Part shown: in pieces, positions 38,002 to 44,710 of the stretch
Layout of the letters: every line of letters starts with the position of its first letter
Position numbering within the stretch: the first letter of the stretch is position 1
DNA from: Candidatus Acidiferrales bacterium
GTDB lineage: Bacteria; Acidobacteriota; Terriglobia; Acidiferrales; UBA7541
Assembly: GCA_035264005.1 (NCBI GenBank)
Contig: DATFQU010000349.1
Coordinates: 1-54,018 of the forward strand
Length of the DNA stretch: 54,018 bases
Reading direction: 5' to 3'
Program-made: the position numbers and the translations under genes
The notes under the pieces: generated by a model
The model's input: only the letters and a program-made list of their open reading frames with translations
Told to the model about the DNA's origin: nothing
The model's database searches: none

Positions 38002-39594
38002 ATGCCCGTGGCGGACATGCCCAGATCGAGCGTTGCGATTACCGCGGACAACAGCCGAACAGGCGAATCTCTTCCACCGCTCGCCCTCGGCGTTCTAATC
38101 GCCCTTTGCGCCGCCAAGCTCTTGCTCCACCTTTTTACTAGTGTCCGTGGCTACGGCTACTTCCGCGACGAACTTTACCTACTCGACTGCGGACGCCATC
38201 TTTATTGGGGCTACGTCGACCTCGCGCCTCTCTCCGCCGTCTACGCGCGCGTCGCGCTCCTCATGGGAGGCTCGCTGCCCGCCTTGCGCATTATTCCCGC
38301 GCTCGCTGGGACAGGTTTGATCGCGCTCGTCATTGCTATCACTCGCCAACTTGGCGGCAACCGTTTCGCTCAAGCCCTCGCTGGCCTCTGTGTTTTCTTG
38401 GTTCCCGTAAACATCGTCATGGACGACTTCCTCTCCATGAACGCCTTCGAGCCGCTTTTCTGGATGGGCTGCGTTTACGTCCTGATTCGCATTATTCGCA
38501 CCGGCAACTCGAAACTGTGGCTCTGGTTCGGCCTTCTTGCGGGACTCGGTATCGAAAACAAGCACTCGACTTTGTTCTTCGGTCTCGCGGTCTTTCTCGC
38601 CGTCTTGCTTACTGGCCTGCGCCGCGAGTTTGCCAAGCCCTGGATTTGGCTCGGCGGGCTGATCGCTTTGCTTATCTTCTTACCCAATCTCGTTTGGCAG
38701 ATTCATCGGAATTTCCCAACTGTTCAGGACCTTGAGAACGTACGCCGCACCGGCAAAAACATCGTCCTCGGTCCGTTCGCCTTCATCGGCCAGCAAATCA
38801 TGATGGAGCAGCCGATCCTCGCCATCTTTTGGATCACCGGTTTGGTTTCGTTCCTCTGGGGCAGCGGCAAACGCTTCCGTGTTCTCGGAGTCACGTTTTT
38901 GATTTTTTTCACGGAGCTTTTCATTCTTCGCGGCAAGGATTATTACGTCGCTCCCATTTATCCGATGATGTTCGCTGGAGGCGCTGTCGCTGTCGAACGC
39001 TGGCTAGCACGCCGCAGTTGGGCTGGCGCGCGCGCGTGGCCCAAAGCCGCGATTGCCACAGCCATCATCATCCTTGGAGGAATTCTCGTCCCGCTCTTCA
39101 CGCCCATGCTGTCACCGGAACGCTATCTCGCCTACCAACATGCGTTGCACATTCAGCTTACGAAAACCGAAGTCGCCACTAGCGGAGCGCTTCCCCAGTT
39201 TCTGGGTGATCAAATCGGCTGGGACAGTCTTGTCCGCCAGATCGCGGACATTTACAACTCGCTGCCGCCCGATGAGCGCGCCAAAACAGGCATCTGGGCC
39301 GGAAATTATGGCGAAGCGGGTGCCGTCAACCTCTTTGGGCCCGCGTATGGCCTGCCGCGCGCATATTCGCGCCATCAGAACTATTGGTATTGGGGTCCGC
39401 CGCCGGTGGTGTACACAAATCTTATCGTCGTGCAGTGGAGCCTGGACGACGTCAGGGACAGTTGCACGTCATTCCAAGCCTTTGACCATTACTCTCAATT
39501 TGGAATGTCAGAGGAAAATACGCCGATCTATCTCTGCCGTGGCGCCAAATTCGACATACAAAAAATCTGGTGGCACTCTCACCATTGGAATTAA
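38002..39594 (+). CDS. glycosyltransferase family 39/83-like (ArnT/PMT-type) polytopic membrane protein
   Basis: The track ORF starts at GTG 37954. I prefer ATG 38002 (38017 is also possible). The first-loop motif YFRDELYLLDCGRHLYWGYVDLAPL has the acidic D/E pair typical of GT-C enzymes. It has many TM helices and a soluble C-terminal domain. Confidence 0.75.
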   Translation: MPVADMPRSSVAITADNSRTGESLPPLALGVLIALCAAKLLLHLFTSVRGYGYFRDELYLLDCGRHLYWGYVDLAPLSAVYARVALLMGGSLPALRIIPALAGTGLIALVIAITRQLGGNRFAQALAGLCVFLVPVNIVMDDFLSMNAFEPLFWMGCVYVLIRIIRTGNSKLWLWFGLLAGLGIENKHSTLFFGLAVFLAVLLTGLRREFAKPWIWLGGLIALLIFLPNLVWQIHRNFPTVQDLENVRRTGKNIVLGPFAFIGQQIMMEQPILAIFWITGLVSFLWGSGKRFRVLGVTFLIFFTELFILRGKDYYVAPIYPMMFAGGAVAVERWLARRSWAGARAWPKAAIATAIIILGGILVPLFTPMLSPERYLAYQHALHIQLTKTEVATSGALPQFLGDQIGWDSLVRQIADIYNSLPPDERAKTGIWAGNYGEAGAVNLFGPAYGLPRAYSRHQNYWYWGPPPVVYTNLIVVQWSLDDVRDSCTSFQAFDHYSQFGMSEENTPIYLCRGAKFDIQKIWWHSHHWN

Positions 39595-39654
39595 CAAATC
39601 GGAGCGCAGTAAGAAAGGAAATCGCTTCGAGGCACCAAAAAATGCTTCTCTGAA

Positions 39655-40056
39655 CTAGCCGTGCTCGACGCGCGCCTTTATATCCGAGTACGCCAAATCG
39701 ATGAGCTTGCTTAGAGCCTCAGTGTTTGTCGCCGCTCTCGGTTTCAGCTTCACATGACGCATGCGCTTGCCGCTGCCTTGCAGTAAGCGATCCGGATCCG
39801 GCAGTCCTGCGCCGTGAAAGAACCCCACGTTTACGTGCGAGGTGAATACGTTGACATACCCGAAAGGCGCATCTCCCAAACATGCTGTCGGACAACCGTC
39901 ATGCAGAACTTCCCGGACTTCGTCCCCGCATTTTCGCATCACATCAAACCATTCGCGTGCGATAGCTCCCAATTCACCGGCATGATTTTTCATCCACGCA
40001 TCGATCGAAGGATCCCGTTCGACAGCGCCGTTGAATCGCAGCAATTCGGCCCTCAT
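39655..40056 (-). CDS. DUF1801 (YdhG-like) domain protein
   Basis: 133 aa: ...FGYVNVFTSHVNVGFFHGAGLPDPDRLLQGSGKRMRHVKLK.... This pattern is typical of DUF1801. Confidence 0.6.
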   Translation of the reverse strand: MRAELLRFNGAVERDPSIDAWMKNHAGELGAIAREWFDVMRKCGDEVREVLHDGCPTACLGDAPFGYVNVFTSHVNVGFFHGAGLPDPDRLLQGSGKRMRHVKLKPRAATNTEALSKLIDLAYSDIKARVEHG

Positions 40057-40137
40057 CGCTGCTCCATTTTCTGTTTTTGGAATGTATAGTTACGTCCGGT
40101 GCAGGCAATGCGCCGGGAATACGAGACGAGCTCTAAT

Positions 40138-41190
40138 CTAATTTCCTGAAACAGCCTGCGCGGTCGCCGTTGCACCAGGCGCATAGTATCCCGGCCGCGT
40201 GCGCACCGTGAGTTTTCCCTTGCCACCCACGCCCGTAAGTTCCACTTTCACGGTCCGGAAAGTCCCATTCCGCGCGTCATTCGACGGGTAGTAACCGACC
40301 ATGTATTGCGACCGGATATCCTGCGCGATGCGCGTGCAGATCGAGTCCACATCGTCGACCGTCTTTGGGAAAAACGCTTCGCCGCCGGAAGCATCGGTCA
40401 GCGCGAGCAAAGCCTTCTTGCCTTGCCGCATCTCCTCCCGTGAATCGTCATTTTTCGTGAACAGCCCCACGGCGTAAATCACCACGTTCGATTGCTCCAG
40501 CTTTTCCACCGTGTACGAAAGCGTATGCGCCTGAGCGCTGTCATGGTCCACGCCGTCCGTGACCACAAGCAGCACTTTTTTCTCGCGCGTGCCTTTTTTC
40601 AAATGATTCATCGACCCCAAAATCGCGTCGTACAGCGCCGTCCCGCCCCGCGAATCAATCCGCTCAAGCGCCGCCTTCAGTACCTTCGGATCGTTGGAAA
40701 AATCTTCATCCATGTCCAGATAATATTCGTCGTTGAAATTCACCACAAACATTTGGTCCTGTGGATTGCTGGTCTGCACAAAAGTCATCGCCGCCGCATT
40801 CACACGCGCGCGCTTCGACCTCATGCTGCCGCTGTTGTCGATCACCAGTCCCACGCTGATCGGAATGTCCGAGTGTGTGAATTGTGAGATTTTCTGCGGC
40901 GCTTTGTCTTCGAGCACTCGAAAATTGCCTTCCGTCAGCCCGCTTACGAAATTCCCGTCCTTGTCCACGATCGTCACCGGCAGCCGCACCATGTCCACAT
41001 TTTTCTTCATTGTGTACGGCGTGCTTTGGTTGGTTCCGTATGGCGGAGGGATTTGCGGGATCTGCGGATTTTGCGCGAACGCGCTGGTGCCGCCAAAGGC
41101 AATCATCGACAGCAACGCGACACTAACGGCTAAGAAGGGAAGGGGCCCTTTTCGTTCAACTGTGCGGCGCAAAATATCCGTAGCGTGCAT
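40138..41190 (-). CDS. VWA domain protein, acidobacterial VWFA-related type (TIGR03436-like), exported
   Basis: I prefer ATG 41190 (TTG 41172 is also possible); both overlap the end of the upstream paralogue. It has a signal peptide (PLPFLAVSVALLSMIAFGGTSAFA). It also has VDMVRLPVTIVDKDGNFVSGLTEGNFRVLEDKAPQ, the MIDAS-type segment VGLVIDNSGSM, and the C-terminal YMVGYYP...FRTVKVEL. Confidence 0.8.
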   Translation of the reverse strand: MHATDILRRTVERKGPLPFLAVSVALLSMIAFGGTSAFAQNPQIPQIPPPYGTNQSTPYTMKKNVDMVRLPVTIVDKDGNFVSGLTEGNFRVLEDKAPQKISQFTHSDIPISVGLVIDNSGSMRSKRARVNAAAMTFVQTSNPQDQMFVVNFNDEYYLDMDEDFSNDPKVLKAALERIDSRGGTALYDAILGSMNHLKKGTREKKVLLVVTDGVDHDSAQAHTLSYTVEKLEQSNVVIYAVGLFTKNDDSREEMRQGKKALLALTDASGGEAFFPKTVDDVDSICTRIAQDIRSQYMVGYYPSNDARNGTFRTVKVELTGVGGKGKLTVRTRPGYYAPGATATAQAVSGN

Positions 41191-42160
41191 AAACTGTGAG
41201 CGGAGGGAGTCCGCGCGGCGGGCGCAGCTTGACCTTGATTTTTCGCCATTTTCCATCGGTTTTTCGATCGCTCGGTCTGTATCCCAGCACATACTGGTTT
41301 CTCAGCTCCATGCTGATCTTCGTCGCCACATCACCCAAATCATCGAGATTGCGGACGATGAATGATCGGCCGCCCGTCATATCCGCCAGCCCTTGCAGGA
41401 AAGTGGGTCCGGCGCATTCTTCAGCAGTCCGGTCACAAGCGTCTGGGTCTACGATTCCAACCGCGTAAATCTGCACGTCCGACTCGCGCAGGAAGCGCTT
41501 GATATCTTCTTCATCGTACCTGCTGTGATTATCGCCTCCATCCGATATGATGAGCAAAGCTTTTCTCGCGTTGCGTGCTCCTTTCATCTCGCTCATTCCG
41601 AGATACACTGCATCAAGCAGTGCCGTCATTCCGCCCGGCGCGCTGAAGAGCAATTGATTTTGCAATTCCTCGACGCTCGTTGTGAAGGGCGTCGCGAGTT
41701 CTGCGCGGTCCGCGAAATCCACGAGGAAAAATTCATCTGCGGGATTCGCTGTCTTGAAAAATTGCACTGCGGCCATGCGCGATTTCGAAATCTTGTCCGA
41801 CATGCTGCCGCTGACGTCGAAGACCACGCCGATCGATATCGGAATATCGTCTTCCTCGAAGCGCATCAGTTGCTGTTCTTTTCCGTCTTCATACACGCGG
41901 AAGTTTTCGCGGTCGAGCCCCGTCACCAGCCGCCCGTACGGGTCCGTTACCGTCACGTCGACTGTGACCAGATTTACATCTTTTCTTACCGTATCTTCTT
42001 TGGAAACGTCACTCTTCGGAGGAGGTTTATAGATGAGAGGTCCCGATGTCGCGGGCACTTGCGCACACGCCGGGCCGCAAACCAGCATCAGAGCCGCCAG
42101 CGCTAGGCTCATCGCCCCTGCGGCCATCCATCTCGCATCCACTCTGCTGGCTGCGTTCAT
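41156..42160 (-). CDS. VWA domain protein, acidobacterial VWFA-related type (TIGR03436-like), exported
   Basis: It has a signal peptide (MSLALAALMLVCGPACA). It also has VNLVTVDVTVTDPYGRLVTGLDRENFRVYEDGKEQ, the MIDAS segment IGVVFDVSGSMS, and the C-terminal YVLGYRP...WRKIKVKL. Confidence 0.85.
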   Translation of the reverse strand: MNAASRVDARWMAAGAMSLALAALMLVCGPACAQVPATSGPLIYKPPPKSDVSKEDTVRKDVNLVTVDVTVTDPYGRLVTGLDRENFRVYEDGKEQQLMRFEEDDIPISIGVVFDVSGSMSDKISKSRMAAVQFFKTANPADEFFLVDFADRAELATPFTTSVEELQNQLLFSAPGGMTALLDAVYLGMSEMKGARNARKALLIISDGGDNHSRYDEEDIKRFLRESDVQIYAVGIVDPDACDRTAEECAGPTFLQGLADMTGGRSFIVRNLDDLGDVATKISMELRNQYVLGYRPSDRKTDGKWRKIKVKLRPPRGLPPLTVYARYGYFAPHS

Positions 42161-42400
42161 TCAAACCTCCTGAGGCTAGAGGGCGGCAGCCGAAAAAAAC
42201 GCTGGCTGAATCTTACCACCGTCAGTTGACAAATCAAGGAGGCAAAGCACGGATTCCGCAATAGTGAAGCACTGTAAATCTCCGGTGCGTACCACAACTT
42301 TAGTACCGCATCAGCCTATTACCTTGAACGCCCGCAATGCCTCGCAGGCTTCTTGTCCAAACGAGCGTGGTAATATATGCGCGAACTCGGAAGCTTCTCA

Positions 42401-43171
42401 ATGACGCAAAGCCCTGAACCATCCGTCATCGTCGTTATTCCTGCTCGCCACGCGTCTTCGCGCTTTCCCGGAAAGCCTCTTGCGCCCATCGCCGGACGCC
42501 CCATGATCCAGCACGTTTTCGAACGTGCTAAGCAAAGCCGCCGCGCCTCCCGCGTTGTTGTCGCCACCGACGACACCCGCATCCGCGACGCCGTCCAATC
42601 CTTTCAAGGTGCCGTCGTCATGACTCGCTCCGAGCATCGCACCGGCACCGACCGCATCGCCGAAGTCGCCATCCACATGCCCGCAGACGTTTACGTGAAC
42701 GTCCAGGGCGATCTCCCGCTTATTCGCCACGAAGTGATCGATGCTGCTGTCGATGCGCTCCTCTCCGCCGAAGGCGACGCTCACGTTTCCACGCTTTGCG
42801 TCCCGATCACTACGCCCGAAGACATCATGAATCCCAACATCGTCAAAGTCGTTTCCGACTTCGACGGCAACGCTCTCTATTTCTCTCGCGCGCCGATTCC
42901 TTGGGTTCGCGATGCCGGCGAACGCGTCGCCGCCCGCCACTTCAAACACATCGGTCTGTACGCATTTCGCCGTGACGCTCTTCTCGAATTCCCCGCGCTT
43001 CCGCCCGGCGAGCTCGAACGCGTCGAACAGCTCGAACAGCTCCGTTGGATGGAAAACGGCTATCGCATCGCTGTCAGCGAAATCGAAGCCTACGAAGGCG
43101 TCGAAGTGGACGTGCCCGAGGACGTCGCGCGCGTCGAAGAACTTCTTCGCGCTCGCGCCGCAAAACGATAG
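42401..43171 (+). CDS. kdsB: 3-deoxy-manno-octulosonate cytidylyltransferase (CMP-Kdo synthetase)
   Basis: I prefer ATG 42401: MTQSPEPSVIVVIPARHASSRFPGKPLAPIAGRPMIQHV.... It has VVVATDD..I, NVQGDLPL, and EQLEQLRWMENGYRI. Confidence 0.93.
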   Translation: MTQSPEPSVIVVIPARHASSRFPGKPLAPIAGRPMIQHVFERAKQSRRASRVVVATDDTRIRDAVQSFQGAVVMTRSEHRTGTDRIAEVAIHMPADVYVNVQGDLPLIRHEVIDAAVDALLSAEGDAHVSTLCVPITTPEDIMNPNIVKVVSDFDGNALYFSRAPIPWVRDAGERVAARHFKHIGLYAFRRDALLEFPALPPGELERVEQLEQLRWMENGYRIAVSEIEAYEGVEVDVPEDVARVEELLRARAAKR

Positions 43172-43420
43172 CGCCTTACAATCGTCGTATTTATTTCTTT
43201 CTACACGCACGACAAGAAAGCCGCACTTTCTTACACTCGGACCCATTGCCCGCTCTTGGGAATTTTTATTCCATAAAATGTAACTGTCACGATCTAAATG
43301 CCTGGCGTTGTCAGGTTTTTACCCTCAGTCGAATGGCTCACCGCATGCTCCGCATTTCTCCGTCCCGTGCCCTCGCTAGAAATGCGCTCAGCTACAAACT
43401 AAGTACAGGAGACAAGGGGA

Positions 43421-44125
43421 ATGAAACAAAAGACGTTTATAGGCATCGCAGTTGCCGCTCTCTTCCTGTTAATTATCGGCGCCGCTTCCCCAGCTAAGGC
43501 CGATTCCGTCAGTTTTAATTTTTCCGGAAACGTCTCAGGAGGAGCAGTAGCAGGGACGATCATGTTCGACGTAACTTCTGCGGGCGCTCTTACTGTCGCG
43601 ATCACCGACACCGAGGCGAATCCGGGTAATGTTGGGCAGTTGATCAGCGACCTCATGTTCAACGTATCAGGAATGACCGGAGCCGCAACCATGACGTCCA
43701 GCTCAGGTCAGGAAGTGAACATCGACGGGAGCGGAAATGCAACTCTAGGATCGATGGGCAACACCATGTGGGGAATTAACTCCAGTTCGAGCACCATCAT
43801 TCTTTCTGCGCTTCTTTCCGGTCCTTCGAATCTCATTATTGGCCCGGGCGGCGCCGGTGGGGTCTACACCAACGCCAACGGTTCCATCGCCGGCAACGGG
43901 CCTCACAATCCGTTTCTCTCAGGAACCGTCGACTTCAACTTGACAGTTCCGGGACTAACCTCGGTTAGTCAGCTTAGCAACATCATCGTTAGCTTTGGCA
44001 CCACTCCGGGAAGCAATCTGTCTGTAACTTCAACAACCACGCCTGAGCCGTCTTCTCTCCTTCTCCTGGGAACGGGACTGCTTGGTCTTGGATTCCTTGT
44101 GCGTCGCCGCACCGCCGTCTCATAA
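43421..44125 (+). CDS. PEP-CTERM sorting-domain protein (exported, function unknown)
   Basis: It has the signal peptide MKQKTFIGIAVAALFLLIIGAASPAKA. The C-terminus TTTPEPSSLLLLGTGLLGLGFLVRRR is a canonical PEP-CTERM anchor. No exosortase gene is in the window. Confidence 0.85.
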   Translation: MKQKTFIGIAVAALFLLIIGAASPAKADSVSFNFSGNVSGGAVAGTIMFDVTSAGALTVAITDTEANPGNVGQLISDLMFNVSGMTGAATMTSSSGQEVNIDGSGNATLGSMGNTMWGINSSSSTIILSALLSGPSNLIIGPGGAGGVYTNANGSIAGNGPHNPFLSGTVDFNLTVPGLTSVSQLSNIIVSFGTTPGSNLSVTSTTTPEPSSLLLLGTGLLGLGFLVRRRTAVS

Positions 44126-44165
44126 GATGGCAGCGAGCAACGACACGTCATTTTGTATGTAGTCG

Positions 44166-44217
44166 GGCCTGCTCTTCCCCCCGAGTTAGCTTTCTCGAGG
44201 AGCAGGCCTTCTTTTTT
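44166..44217 (+). terminator. probable rho-independent terminator after the PEP-CTERM gene
   Basis: ggcctgctc (44166..44174) pairs with gagcaggcc (44200..44208) and is followed by ttcttttttg. The loop is long and partly self-pairing. Confidence 0.6.
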
Positions 44218-44258
44218 GCTCAACTCGCCAAGCTCGCCTCCTTGGGCTCAAAAAAGGA

Positions 44259-44304
44259 ACTACGAAGATTTTCGTTGACAATACGAAAAGCTTCGTAGTA
44301 TAAG
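44259..44304 (+). promoter_or_regulatory. candidate BlaI operator (17-bp inverted repeat) overlapping a promoter; transcript probably leaderless
   Basis: ACTACGAAGATTTTCGT (44259..44275), then tgacaat, then ACGAAAAGCTTCGTAGT (44283..44299). The arms are complementary at 16 of 17 positions. TTGACA lies at 44275..44280, then an 18-nt spacer and TATAAG at 44299..44304. The ATG is at 44312 with no Shine-Dalgarno in between. Confidence 0.5.
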
Positions 44305-44311
44305 CGTCTTC

Positions 44312-44710
44312 ATGACACAGGCCACTCAATCGCATCATCTGAAGCCCACCGCCTCCGAACTGGAAATTCTCCGAATTCTGTGGACGCGCGGTCCTTCCAC
44401 GGTTCGTGAAGTTCACGAGGCTCTGCGCACGAAAAAAGATATTGGCTACACAAGCGTCCTCAAACTGCTTCAAATCATGACCGAGAAGGGAACTGTCCGC
44501 CGCGACGAAAATCAGCGCGCCCATGTCTATGAAGCCTGCGAACCTGCCGAAAAAACCAAGCGCGATCTCGCTGGCGATGTTTTGCAGCGCGTCTTCGAAG
44601 GTTCTGCCAGCCAGTTGATGCTTCACGCTCTCGCCGGCCATCCGACTTCTCGCCAAGAGATTAAGGAACTCCGCCGCATGCTCGACGAACACGAAAGGCA
44701 AATGCGATGA
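44312..44710 (+). CDS. BlaI/MecI/CopY family transcriptional repressor
   Basis: LKPTASELEILRILWTRGPSTVREVHEALRTKKDIGYTSVLKLLQIMTEKGTVRRDENQRAHVYEA. This is the winged-helix penicillinase-repressor fold pattern. The stop overlaps the start of the M56 gene (ATGA at 44707..44710). Confidence 0.9.
   Translation: MTQATQSHHLKPTASELEILRILWTRGPSTVREVHEALRTKKDIGYTSVLKLLQIMTEKGTVRRDENQRAHVYEACEPAEKTKRDLAGDVLQRVFEGSASQLMLHALAGHPTSRQEIKELRRMLDEHERQMR

Noticed and set aside
42398-43246. 282-aa ORF on the minus strand
   Set aside because: It is antisense to kdsB, whose plus-strand product has unambiguous CMP-Kdo synthetase motifs. The antisense product is low complexity.
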